DNA of 64,000 bases from Haliotis rubra (Eukaryota), in contig NW_025767202.1 in NCBI RefSeq assembly GCF_003918875.1, forward strand, positions 806,001 through 870,000, written 5' to 3'. The notes beneath the pieces were generated by a model. The model searched no databases, was not told the DNA's origin, and was given only the letters and a program-made list of their open reading frames with translations. A program made the translations under genes and the position numbers. How positions within the stretch are numbered: position 1 is the first letter of the stretch; each line of letters starts with the position of its first letter. Of this stretch, positions 13,922-26,621 are shown piece after piece.

Positions 13922-15740
13922 AGGATTACAATACTGGCGATGAGTGTGAATAATTTCAAACATATATTGCTTTTCAAAATGATAGCAAACAGAGTTAAAA
14001 ATCTTTAAAAAGAAGCCCAATTAATTAATGTCACAAATAGGAATCGTCTGGATTATGGCACAAATCTGGAGAATACAACCTATCCAGTATCCCCCTTCAA
14101 TGTAAGCTCGTTTTGTACCCATCAAGTGTCTGCTTGTTGGTGGTCTTTATTTAAAAATAGTCTGGTATTTCCTTCATAGAGAATAAGACTCTCCAGGCAT
14201 CTATATAGCGACTATCCCACACTTACACATATCCAATAATTTGATGTTTGTCAATGAAGTGAAATCTGCTCTTCCCACGAAACATACGCTGGAAGGTCAG
14301 GGTTCAACGCAGTTTCTTTCACTGCACGCCCTCAACGAGATGTGTAAGTTCCGTTTATAGATCATTCCAGTCAAAGGTAGTAATTACGACCGTGAAATAA
14401 TTATTTCTGGAGTTATGAATGAAATCTACGGTCAATAAACATGTAAAGATGGAGCGTTCACGAATTAAACTGTTTCGATTCAGTGACTTTTATTACACGG
14501 AGAAGTAATCTTCGGTGAATTGATCGTAATGGGTTGCGGAAAGCATTGATCCGCTGAAATAAAGAACCTGTCGGTTCTATTTTTTGCACGACATCAAAAT
14601 GCATTTTAAATGAAGTTATGAAATTAGCGTTATCATGCTGTGTGAATTAAAGAGTAACTTTGCAAGACACGGGCCGATTTCATAGCGTAAAAGCTGCCCT
14701 ATTTTTGATTGTTATTCAACTGTCTAAACATACGAAGAAAATTGTGTGTAATGGCTTTGATGTATCACAAGTCTGTGAACCAATTCGAGAGAATTATTTA
14801 TTAGTTGCGTCAGAGAGGTAGCCATAATAGCGTATATTTAACTGCATGCCGAGTATGACGGCACGGGTCTTAATTAAAGGAGATACACTCCACTGGCAAT
14901 GTGTCTTGTTGCATTGAATGTGTTTTCTGTGTTAATTACAGATGTATCATGTTCAGTTGATTGTGGATGAATGTCCAAACCGAAACCTGAGTTTCATTAA
15001 CTAATTCAGACAATGACCTACTTTTCAGCCGATCCGAATTTTCTCGTGTGAAAGTGAAAAGAGACACTACAAACAACTATGTTTACCTTAAATTCCAATT
15101 TATTGTTTCATAAGAAAATGGTATTTACAAATTAAGTTTAATTTTAATGTTTAAAAAAGTCGTATTTCTATATTTTATGTCGAAGTTTAGGCAGCATGTC
15201 GTTAAATAAGACGTCACAGACTGCCCCTGTTTGAAAAGGTCGTACAATGATTCACAATTCATCTGGCTCATTTGTTACACCTGTTATGTGTTCTTTGCGC
15301 TTATGAAGTGTGCTTTTGTAACGTACAATGTGACTGATATAATATCAAGTCCGTACAGACCTCCAAGCTTTTCTAGCGGCCGAGCCTCGCTTTAAAATGT
15401 CCACGATTTCCAGATTTCCGTTGTCAGAGCACGCTGTACGATGCACGCTGCACGACGTGTTTGTAAGGATTAGAAGGAGCGTAGTGTTGCAATATACAAG
15501 TGATTAGATGTATCAAATAATACTGATTAATATTTATATATCCAGTTGCATGATTTGGTCACAAAATTCTAGACTGGTTATTGTACTAAGTTGCGCAACA
15601 GGACGGAACCCAGTCAGAAGGAAAACGAAATGTTTTGACTTGATACTTTCAACAGCTTCAAAAGTATGGAAAACAAGGATGGGATAGAGTGAGTGGTTTA
15701 GAGTTTACTTTAGTGGTTGAGTGAGTGAGTGGTATAGAGG

Positions 15741-15907
15741 TGAGTGAGTGAATTTGATTTTTACTCCGCTTTTAACAATGTGTCCAGCAATATCACGGCG
15801 GGGGACACCAGAAATGGGCTTCACATATTGTACCCATGTTGGGAATCGAACCCGGTCCTTCCGCATGACGAGCGAACGCTTTAACCACTAGGCTACCCCA
15901 CCACCCC
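15741..15907 (-). mobile_element. SINE family A, full length
   Basis: Complete head-body-tail, embedded among (GAGT)n tracts. Confidence 0.93.
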
Positions 15908-17261
15908 AGTGAGTGATCGAGATTCAGATGCATTACAAATAAGTTTTCATGATTCACGTCACTGACATATCAAATTTTGGCCAGTGAGTGAGTGAGTGAT
16001 ATGAAACCATGACCCCACTACTACTGAGATCATGACACCAGATAGCAATGCAAATGACATCTTGTTATGAAACCATGACACCAAACTCACTAATAACATG
16101 ACATCAAGACAACTGACATCATTACACCGATACAACTTAATGTTACACCAACAGCTGATTGATAAGGAATTGGTAACGAAATCACTCTAAGACATACAAG
16201 TCAACCTGGACTCAATATTTTTCTTCAAGGACGTCTTCTTCAACATATGAATACAGCTCCGCTTCGAATACATTCCACAATTTTCCAAAACAGCGCTAAC
16301 CAAGTTGAACTGTTAAACTCGAAAGCAGATTACAGTTATTGTCTCTTTATGGCGCGGATTTATCGCCGAGATTAACAATGCGCACTTCTGGACCTCTGAT
16401 TGCCATAACCGAGGTTTCCGAGTGCGCGCCATGCACCCATCTACACTGCTGTCATTCATTCAGATGTTCATTGCGTCTGAATACCCACAACCAAAATAAT
16501 CTTGAAGATACATTAGTGCCAATCTTGGCTGTATGCTCGGTTAGTCATGTTTTATAGAACGCTTGTCACCAGCAATCAAAGATGGCTTGAAACGATGCTC
16601 AAGCTTTGATCTCGGGTTAAACAGGCAAAGAGCTCGCATGCAGTCTGCTTCTTCTCGTTTTAATTCGCTAATTATTTGATGAGGTCTTTAGCTAAGGGTT
16701 TTTCTCTCGTCGCGTCATTGAGAACACACCGTGTAAACAGCACTGATCTGGTTGAATGTTATCACGGTGTTGCCGCTGATGTTGTATCTCGTAGGACTAG
16801 GTTTACAACTGGGAGGCGTATATTTGGCAAAATAGTTTGTTGTTTATCAACAGTTTTATTATAAACGCAAAAACCCGCCTACACCTTACGTCATCGTGTT
16901 CGTGTTTTGGTTAACAAGATATGTTGGTTTTCAGCGGTGGAAGTTGTTTGTTTATCGTAGGTCATAAATAGCAAAACCCGGTACCCAGATAATTTGGAAT
17001 GTAACGTTCGTGTATGAATGAATCTAGTGACGCAGATGGAAAGGTGATTACATTACAAGCTTGGGCAACTTCAATTCTATTTCTTTCCCTCCTTCTTCAA
17101 CATATGCAGTGGGAACTACGGGTCATGCCCACCTGGAGGTCAAGGTCAAATCCAATCAAGGTGGAACCTAAGGAACCATGGCAAGAACTGAGAATGCTTA
17201 AACAATTTTTACACTGGTCATAGGTTCAAATCCCATTTTTTAGAAAATATATTCCTTTGTT

Positions 17262-17546
17262 CGTCCCCGTGTCCTCGTCCTTGTCCTTCCTCGTGTCCGT
17301 TCCAATGTCCATGTCCTTGTCCATCTCCGTGTCCGTCCTCGTGTCCATGTCCTTGTCCGTCCTCGTGTCTATGTCCTTGTCCGTCCTCGTGTCTATGTCC
17401 ATGTCCTTGTCCGTCCTCGTGTCCATGTCCTTGTCCGTCCGACTGTCTGTATGTCCATGTGCGTGAGCCCATGCCCGTCTCCGTGTATATGTACGTATCC
17501 GTGTTGGTGCGCCCGTGTCCATTTGTCCGTGCCCGAGTCCGTGTCT
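17262..17546. repeat. GTCC-rich 6-bp/24-bp minisatellite
   Basis: gtccgtcctcgtgtccatgtcctt repeated, decaying rightwards. Confidence 0.88.
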
Positions 17547-17810
17547 GGTGGACTACAGAGAAACGTTACAGGCTATGCAATTTGCATCTTTTCAACCTTT
17601 TCTCCTTGAAAGGGCTCGCGTACTGTGATATTACACAAATGCTGTTGAAACCAGTGATAAACCAAACTCAGTCTCTGTACCAAGGCTCCGTGGTCTTTAG
17701 GATAGATTACACTGATGTACTGTCCGCTGAGTGGGAAATTTTGGTAGTTCGAACTCTTGAAGGAGTCATTTGTAATCAGCAGACGGTCTGTCGTTGCTGG
17801 TTGTTCCCCG

Positions 17811-20800
17811 TGTGCCGCAGTGTGCCGTATTGTGCCGCAGTGTGCCGTAGTGTGCCGTATTGTGCCGCAGTGTGCCGTATTGTGCCGTATTGTGCCGCAG
17901 TGTGCCGTATTGTGCCGTATTGTGCCGTATTGTGCCGCAATGTGCCGCAGTGTGCCGTATTGTGCCGCAGTGTGCCGCAGTGTGCCGTATTGTGCCGTAT
18001 TGTGCCGTATTGTGCCGTAGTATGCCGTAGTGTGCCGCAGTGTGCCGTATTGTGCCGTATTGTGCCGCAGTGTGCCGTATTGTGCCGTAATGTGCCGCAG
18101 TGTGCCGTATTGTGCCGCAGTGTGCCGTAGTGTGCCGTATTGTGCCGCAGTGTGCCACAGTGTGCCGTATTGTGCCGCAGTGTGCCGTATTGTGCCGCAG
18201 TGTGCCGTATTGTGCCGCAGTGTGCCGTATTGTGCCGTATTGTGCCGCAGTGTGCCACAGTGTGCCGTATTGTGCCGCAGTATGCCGTATTGTGCCGTAA
18301 TGTGCCGCAGTGTGCCGTATTGTGCCGCAGTGTGCCGCAGTGTGCCGTATTGTGCCGCAGTGTGCCACAGTGTGCCGTATTGTGCCGCAGTGTGCCGTAT
18401 TGTGCCGCCGGGTGCCGTATTGTGCCGTATTGTGCCTCAGTGTGCCGTATTGTGCCGCAGTGTGCCGTATTGTGTCACAGTGTGCCGTATTGTGCCTCAG
18501 TGTGCCGTATTGTGCCGCAGTGTGCCGTATTGTGCCGCAGTGTGCCGTATTGTGCCGCAGTGTGCCGTATTGTGCCGCAGTGTGCCGCAGTGTGCCGTAT
18601 CTTGCCGTATTGTGCCGCAGTGTGCCGTATTGTGCCGTATTGTGCCGCAGTGTGCCGTATTGTGCCGCAGTGTGCCGTATTGTGCCGCAGTGTGCCGTAT
18701 TGTGCCGCAGTGTGCCGTATCGTGCCGTATTGTGCCGTATTGTGCCGCAGTGTGCCGTATTGTGCCGCAATGTGCCGTATTGTGCCGCAGTGTGCCGTAT
18801 TGTGCCGTATTGTGCCGCAGTGTGCCGTATTGTGCCGCAGTGTGCCGTATTGTGCCGCAGTGTGCCGTATTGTGCCGTATTGTGCCGTATTGTGCCGTAT
18901 TGTGCCGCATTGTGCCGTATTGTGCCGCATTGTGCCGCATTGTGCCGTATTGTGCCGCAGTGTGCCGCAGTGTGCCGTATTGTGCCGCAGTGTGCCGTAT
19001 TGTGCCGCAGTGTGCCGTAGTGTGCCGTAGTGTGTGCCGCATTGTGCCGCAGTGTGCCGTATTGTGCCGTATTGTGCCGCAGTGTGCCGTAGTGTGCCGT
19101 ATTGCCGCAGTGTGCCGCAGTGTGCCGCAGTGTGCCGCATTGTGCCGCAGTGTGCCGCATTGTGCCGCAGTGCCAGTGTGCCGTAGTGTGCCGTATTGTG
19201 CCGCAGTGTGCCGTATTGCCGTATTGTGCCGCAGTGTGCCGTATTGTGCCGTATTGTGCCGTATTGTGCCGCAGTGTGCCGTATTGTGCCGCAGTGTGCC
19301 GTATTGTGCCGTATTGTGCCGCATTGTGCCGTAGTGTGCCGTAGTGTGCCGTAGTGTGCCGTATTGTGCCGTATTGTGCCGCAGTGTGCCGTATTGTGCC
19401 GTAATGTGCCGCAGTGTGCCGTATTGTGCCGCAGTGTGCCGTATTGTGCCGCAGTGTGCCGCAGTGTGCCGTATTGTGCCGCAGTGTGCCGTATTGTGCC
19501 GCAGTGTGCCGTATTGTGCCGCAGTGTGCCGTATTGTGCCGTATTGTGCCGCAGTGTGCCGCAGTGTGCCGTATTGTGCCGCAGTATGCCGTATTGTGCC
19601 GTAATGTGCCGCAGTGTGCCGTATTGTGCCGCAGTGTGCCGCAGTGTGCCGTATTGTGCCGCAGTGTGCCACAGTGTGCCGTATTTTGCCGCAGTGTGCC
19701 GTATTGTGCCGCCGGGTGCCGTATTGTGCCGCCGGGTGCCGTATTGTGCCGTATTGTGCCGCAGTGTGCCGTATTGTGCCGCAGTGTGCCGTATTGTGTC
19801 ACAGTGTGCCGTATTGTGCCTCAGTGTGCCGTATTGTGCCGCAGTGTGCCGTATTGTGCCGCAGTGTGCCGTATTGTGCCGCAGTGTGCCGCAGTGTGCC
19901 GTATCTTGCCGTATTGTGCCGCAGTGTGCCGTATTGTGCCGTATTGTGCCGCAGTGTGCCGTATTGTGCCGCAGTGTGCCGTATTGTGCCGCAGTGTGCC
20001 GTATTGTGCCGCAGTGTGCCGTATTGTGCCGCAGTGTGCCGTATTGTGCCGTATTGTGCCGTATTGTGCCGCAGTGTGCCGTATTGTGCCGCAGTGTGCC
20101 GTATTGTGCCGTATTGTGCCGCATTGTGCCGTATTATTGTGCCGTATTGTGCCGCAGTGTGCCGTATTGTGCCGCAGTGTGCCGTATTGTGCCGTATTGT
20201 GCCGTATTGTGCCGCAGTGTGCCGTATTGTGCCGCAGTGTGCCGTATTGTGCCAGTGTGCCGTATTGTGCCGTATTGTGCCGCAATTGTGCCGTATTGTG
20301 CCGCAGTGTGCCGTATTGTGCCGCAGTGTGCCGTATTGTGCCGTATTGTGCCGTATTGTGCCGTATTGTGCCGCAGTGTGCCGCAGTGTGCCGTATTGTG
20401 CCGTATTGTGCCGCAGTGTGCCGTATTGTGCCGTATTGTGCCGCAGTGTGCCGTATTGTGCCGTATTGTGCCGCATTGTGCCGCAGTGTGCCGTAGTGTG
20501 CCGCATTGTGCCGCAGTGTGCCGTAGTGTGCCGTATTGTGCCGCATTGTGCCGCCGCAGTGTGCCGTATTGTGCCGCAGTGTGCCGTATTGTGCCGCAGT
20601 GTGCCGCATTGTGCCGCAGTGTGCCGCAGTGTGCCGTATTGTGCCGCAGTGTGCCGCATTGTGCCGCAGTAATGTGCCGCAGTGTGCCGTATTGTGCCGC
20701 AGTGTGCCGCAGTGTGCCGCAGTGCCGCAGTGCCGCCACAGTGTGCCGTCTTGTGCCGCAGCAGTATGCCGTATTGTGCCGCAGTGTGCCGTATTGTGCC

Positions 20801-21304
20801 GCAGTGTGCCGTATTGTGCCGCAGTGTGCCGCAGTGTGCCGTATTGTGCCGCCGTGTGCCGTATTGTGCCGTATTGTGCCGCAGTGTGCCGTATTGTGCC
20901 GCAGTATGCCGTATTGTGTCACAGTGTGCCGTATTGTGCCTCAGTGTGCCGTATTGTGCCGCAGTGTGCCGTATTGTGCCGTATTGTGCCGCAGTGTGCC
21001 GCAGTGTGCCGTATTGTGCCTCAGTGTGCCGTATTGTGCCGCAGTGTGCCGTATTGTGCCGTATTGTGCCGCAGTGTGCCGCAGTGTGCCGTATTGTGCC
21101 GCAGTGTGCCGTATTGTGCCGCAGTGTGCCGTATTGTGCCGCAGTGTGCCGTATTGTGCCGCAGTGTGCCGTATTGTGCCGCAGTGTGCCGTATTGTGCC
21201 GCAGTGTGCCGTATTGTGCCGCAGTGTGCCGTATTGTGCCGCAGTGTGCCGTATTGTGCCGCAGTGTGCCGTATTGTGCCGCAGTGTGCCGTATTGTGCC
21301 GCAG
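17811..21304. repeat. 10-bp satellite, ~350 copies (TGTGCCGCAG / TGTGCCGTAT)
   Basis: Two dominant 10-mers interspersed for 3.5 kb; explains all ORFs 17459-21355. Confidence 0.99.
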
Positions 21305-21703
21305 CCTGTTTTAGCAGTTGAAACAGAAACAATCGAGCTATTAATCAATGCTTAATCAACATATTAATCAAATCAGCGATACAATTCTCTTTCAATGTAT
21401 GTTGAATTATCCATATAAAGTCAGATTATTAAGTTAAGTTATAAATCGCGCAATGTTCCACATTAGGCACTTCAAGAAACTGCCAAGAATAGAAAGTATA
21501 GGCGTGGGTGTGATGGTGTTTTAAAATAGAACAAAAATGAAATAGTGTATTCCATGGTGCAATTTGTAATACGGGTATCAAGTTCGCATTGCGTCGGCGA
21601 CTGGTACGGCTTAGTAACGTCTGCAAAGGTCTGGATTGGTTGTAGTCAAACCCTGTGTTCAAGTGTATGCGGCCCCTTTGCCCTGCAGTTCGTCAACAAC
21701 AAC

Positions 21704-21867
21704 TGGGGTAGCCTAGTGGTTAAAGCGTTGGCTCATCACGCCGAAGACCCGTTTTCGAATCCCCACATGGGTACAATGTGTGAAGCCTATTTCTGATGTC
21801 CCCCGCCGTGGTATTGCTGGAATATTTGTCAAAACGGCGTAAAACTAAACTCACTCACTCAATCATT
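21704..21867 (+). mobile_element. SINE family A with TSD aacaacaac
   Basis: Near-full copy; aacaacaac at 21695 and 21868. Confidence 0.93.
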
Positions 21868-21895
21868 AACAACAACACAATAATCACTTCAGGTA

Positions 21896-22070
21896 CAGCG
21901 AAACCCCGTTAATCCAGACGGAGCCGCTCCTAGTGAAACCATTCTGTACCGAAATGTGAGGAATAACGAGGTAATATTCATCTAGCTGTATTAGGAGGTT
22001 CCAAGCAGTGTTTGTATAATGCAAGGCGAGTGGCCGGAATATCGCGAGGTCCGGACTAACGAGGTCTATC
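21896..22070. mobile_element. Tc1/mariner (pogo/Tigger-like) MITE
   Basis: TA|cagcgaaaccccgttaatcc ... ggactaacgaggt imperfect TIRs; right tip decayed. Confidence 0.6.
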
Positions 22071-22617
22071 AGAACAATATATCCCTTGTAGAGCCCTTTC
22101 AATAGGAGCAGTGTACAGTGTAGTGCTTCAGGGGTTACAGCGTCCGTTCAGATATAAAACCAACACATCAATGTTAGTGTTATAGCACATTAATTTCGTA
22201 TGTATTCTCGCCACATCAATGTAAGCGTTAACCGACATATTGTCCCAGATGCGCGTTAATATCCACATATTATGTCGGTAGATCTAACCATGCCATAATG
22301 TGTATACTGTACTGCCAGCAGGACGCTAGCCACCGCTACCACCTGCTGATATTGTCATATATAACACGAATAAAGATATAAAACATAGATAAAGCTCCAC
22401 TGTCTTCACTACTGACGAAAGGCTGGGAGTAACTGTCACTGAAGAGACACCCTATAATGTTCAAAAGTACAAGTATATGTTGCTTTGTGTCGATGGCTAA
22501 GGTGAGACAATACGGTAACCAGGAATCTGGCCGTAAAACACAATTTGGTGTGAAACTAACAAACAACATAGAGATCTTATAAATATATCAACAAATGTTG
22601 TCAAATTTAATTATACA

Positions 22618-22849
22618 GTGAGTGAGTGAATTTAGTTTTACGCCGCACCCAGCAATATTCCAGCCATATGGCGGCGGTCTGTAAATAATCGAGTCTGGTG
22701 CCGACAATCCAGTGATCAACAGCGTGATCATCGATCTACGCAATTGGAATACGACGACATGTGTCAACGAAGTCAGCGAGCGTGATCACCTGATCCCGTT
22801 AGTCGACCTTTACGACCAGCATGGGTTACTGAAGATCAATTCTAACCCG
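22618..22849 (-). mobile_element. Family B retroposon, near full length
   Basis: (GAGT)n tail, body, head ...catgggttactgaagatcaattctaacccg. Confidence 0.92.
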
Positions 22850-23249
22850 TAACATATGTTATATTTGGGATTACACTTTCTTTGTAAAGTGCAGAATCTA
22901 GTACTTTTGTTGGGTTGAGTCCCATCCGGGATTCGAACCCAAACCCTCAGGGTCAGGCACCTAACCGCCAGCACACAAAATCAGACGCCTAGACCGCTCA
23001 GCCACCGCGGCTTCCACAAAAATGGAAGTCGGACAACTGGTAGTCTAGACTGCGGACTTTGTGTACCCCTCTGATAAGTGTTAATTGGCACGGCTCCCAC
23101 GGCCGAAAGCTATGAAATACACAATGCCATTTAGAAAGTGGTCAAATGTAACATATGGGGTTACACTTTCTTTGTAAAGTAAAGATTCTAGTACTTTTGT
23201 TGGGTTGAGTCCAACCCGGGATTCAAACCCACACCCTCAGAGTCAGGCG
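22850..23249. mobile_element. 290-bp tandem unit (~1.35 copies) with antisense tRNA-Leu-like promoter and hammerhead-like motif
   Basis: ttacactttctttgtaaagt at 22871 and 23161; minus-strand A box ggtggctgagcggtctaggcg and B box ggttcgaatccc (23011-22918); plus-strand ctgataa...gaaagcta (23071-23112). Confidence 0.7.
23059..23124 (+). ncRNA. Degenerate minimal type I hammerhead ribozyme motif
   Basis: ttgtgta/tacacaa distal stem I; core CTGATAA (canonical CUGANGA); hairpins gtgtt-aatt-ggcac and ggct-cccac-ggcc; GAAA followed by palindromic AGCT and A; proximal stem I unpaired. Confidence 0.45.
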
Positions 23250-24064
23250 AACTCCTAATCTAAATATAGTAACGAGCACACCACAACTCTCAACTGAGAA
23301 TCTTAACACAAGCACAAATACAACACTGCTCCATAGCGAATAACACTGCCACATAACGATATTGTAACAGATTAGTTAATTTACATAACATCCTGCTTTC
23401 GCCAGATCGCTTACGTTTGCATTTCTACGGGAAAGAGAAGGAAAGCAATACTACAAGACAGGAAATATATCTAACGATCGTGAGTGAGTAATATCCTAAT
23501 ATCCTTCGAACCCCCTGAAAACACACACACACACACATCTGGATACGCCAATGACGGGTACGGATAACACAATACGAATGTGTAGAAATGTCCGATGTAA
23601 CTTACTATCAATTACCGAGAATGTTTGTGAATTTACAGGAAACGATTCACTGACAACCATGTGGGTGTAGCACCTTGGTTCAACAGCAGGCTGAGGGTTG
23701 ACTTCGGTACATCGTCGACTGGTCCACCACTGTGTGTATGTGTGCCGGATCTGTACGAGTCATCTGAGCAATCCAGCTGTCGCTGGTTATTGTTGTCTAC
23801 TTCACTGATAAACAATGGATTCTCCATTACAGATCCGGGTGTGAGGGCGGTTGACAGCGTGAGATGTACATGCTGGGTTTGTCGTTGTTGATGGTGTCAG
23901 TTTAGTGCTTAAAGCGACTGATCCCGTCACTGAGTGACGTGTTTTTCTGTATTTATTGCAATGAAACGAAACACACAGAATGAAATATCTATATTAAGAA
24001 CATGTTGGTCATGAACATCGGAAGCATTCATCTATAGGTAATGACTGTATAATGCGTCATCACC

Positions 24065-24113
24065 CGCGCGCGCATGCACGCACGCACGTACACACGCACA
24101 CACACACACACAC
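24065..24113. repeat. (GCAC)n/(CA)n microsatellite
   Basis: Direct reading. Confidence 0.9.
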
Positions 24114-24207
24114 GTGCTTAATGGAATATTGTTAAGTGGAAAGCATGGTGGCATGTGTCCTTCTGTGCAGAGCAAAAATGGTACATTGATAAATAACATA
24201 CGCATAT

Positions 24208-24350
24208 GAGTGAGTGAGTATGGTTTTACGCAGCTTTTATCAATATTCCAGCGATATCACAGCGCGCCTGACCACCCGATCCCGTTAGTCGCCGCTTACG
24301 ACAAGCATGGGTTACTGAAGATCAGTATTCTAACCCGAATCTTCACGGGT
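24208..24350 (-). mobile_element. Chimeric element: family B head fused to family A tail
   Basis: A-type tail (24208-24264) joined directly to B head cctgaccacccgatcccgttagtcgcc...cttcacgggt. Confidence 0.8.
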
Positions 24351-25287
24351 CACACCGACCAAGAGAAACACATTTCTAAGTTACCTCTTCCTCGAACATG
24401 TGCATTTTTCCATGATGGTACCCAATGAGCTTTTTCTTAAGGCTTGAAGACTAAAAGTGTCACGTGATCCAAAAAGATGGTCCAACGGAAAGCTTCACGA
24501 CAACTGCAACAATTTGGAGGTTTTGGATTGGACCCTCAGGGGTTGGTTTATGTATTTAACCGACCGAAGTGTCCTCGTTGATGAGAGCAGCATGTACTGT
24601 CGATTTCGATACATCCAAAACTAGGCAAATGCAAGGCACAAGTCTTTTTTTGAAACGCCAAAATAGGTGACATGCCCCCACCACCAGCCCCCATGCCCGT
24701 AAAATACCCCATAAATATAACCTAATTGTACAATATACAGGTACTTGTTCGATCGGTACTCACGCATCACTATATTTATTTATAGTATATGATATTGAGG
24801 GTACCGAAACTAAATCGGATAACAGCCTCTGTGTAGTAATCCTATACTTATAACAGTTTATAACTTGGTATAGAGCTGATTGACCTTTTACTGGTACGGC
24901 TTTGGTACACTTTCGGTCACCGTGACCCGGGTTCTTACAATAATGTCAGGAATATTTGGATATTGTAAACACAATGTTATGTCGCATGCAATCCAAAAAC
25001 ATATCAATCAAATACATTATTGCAGTTTGTTTCATGTGTATGTTTATTATACGAGGTGTCAACATTTGTCTCGCTGCACACTCCCACAACGCACGTGTAA
25101 GCAGCCCACGGGCAGGATGTGAGGACCTGGTCTGTCATACAACGTCATACACCGTGAGGTGACGTCAATGGTGTACAATGCACAATGTTATATTGGGAAA
25201 TTAACGCGGTTTGGGGAGGGGGCGTTTCCGTGCCATGCTCTCTTATTCTATTTTATTAATATTTCATATACGGAGATTCGAAACGTA

Positions 25288-25675
25288 CCTTGAAGACCCG
25301 CGATAGAATTAGTCTTCAGCAAACCATTCTTGTCGTAAGTGAGTGAGTATGATTTAACGCCGCTTTTAGCAATATTCCAGCAATATCACAGCTGGGGACA
25401 CAAGAAATGGGCTTCACACGTTGTGCCCATATGGGAAATCGAACCCGAATCTTCAGCGTGACAAGCGAATGCTTCAACCAAGCTACCCGACCTTCCCGCA
25501 TGACATAAGAGGCGACTAACGGGATGTCAGGCTCGCTAACTTGGTTGACACGTCATTGTATCCCAACTGCGTAGATCGATGCTCATGGTGTTAATCACTG
25601 GTCCAGACTCGATTATCTACAGACCGCTGCCATACAGCTGGAATATTGCTGAGCAACGTTAAGCAACAGACATAC
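25288..25675 (+). mobile_element. Family B retroposon interrupted by a family A SINE
   Basis: Head to cttgtcgtaag (25339), resumes at aggcgactaacggg (~25510) and runs to tail. Confidence 0.88.
25340..25498 (-). mobile_element. SINE family A nested in family B
   Basis: Full A copy; decayed TSD cttgtcgtaag/catgacataag. Confidence 0.9.
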
Positions 25676-26621
25676 AAAAACGAACCCATTCCTTCAGCAA
25701 GAGTGATATTTCGGCCAGCCATTTTGTCATTCTCCTTAGCTCAGTTGCTTACATCAAAGAATACTTATTTTACATATTGTCTTGCAAAATATCTATTTTT
25801 TGCCATGAAAAAAGAAATAAATTTCTTTCAGTCTTCGTACCCACAAATGTATAATTGTGCAGCTCTCATGATGTTGTACGGTGCTCTAATGGTTGTATAT
25901 TCTGTACACCTAATGTATAATGGGCCTGTGGCCCCTTTACTGAATAAAACTCTCTCTCTCACATAGTCATTTTCAGTTTCAGAGGGAAAGCACCGAATGA
26001 AGAAAATAAATAAATAGAAAAGCATCATGTTAAACGCCAAACAAAGCAAACTAGAAGCTGTATGACGACACTGTGAACAATCAAACCTGGTCCAGCAAGG
26101 TCAGTGGTGGACATCGGGAGCGACACTCTACGGTCACGATACGATGACGTATCAACCAAGTCTGCGAACCTAACCACCAGATATATTTGTTTGTATTACA
26201 AGGGGTATGCACATTAAATGAAACACCGAGACCAAGTAGGGTTGGTCTAAGTTAACGCTCATCACGTACCGCACGTGCATTTGTTTCACTGTTCCAACTA
26301 CTGCGCTTACCCCCTTGTAATACAAACCAAAACTAACGATTTGAATCTATGATCGTTTGTTCAACAACTTTTATCCGATTTACTTTTGTGTTGAAAGTGA
26401 AATTCATCTGTACGTTTTCACTGCGAACAGACAATAGTCTCAAGGCTACTTAAAGTTATGGATGTTGACCATTCGTCATGAGTGTAATTGGTCACCACCG
26501 GCCTCACTGTACTGTTTTCGTTTGTACAAGAGTTGCCTTTGTTGAGAGATAAATAGGGCGAATGTTGCGAGCTCAAAAGGTGAAAGTACGAAGCCTTCGT
26601 CAGTCACTTCAATTCTTCAAA

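Noticed and set aside
17459-21355. Long Cys-rich / HTAAQYGT ORFs up to 678 aa
   Set aside because: Open in all frames on both strands because the 10-bp unit lacks stops; satellite artefact
22918-23011. Functional tRNA-Leu gene
   Set aside because: A/B boxes only; acceptor and anticodon arms do not pair; part of a tandem unit
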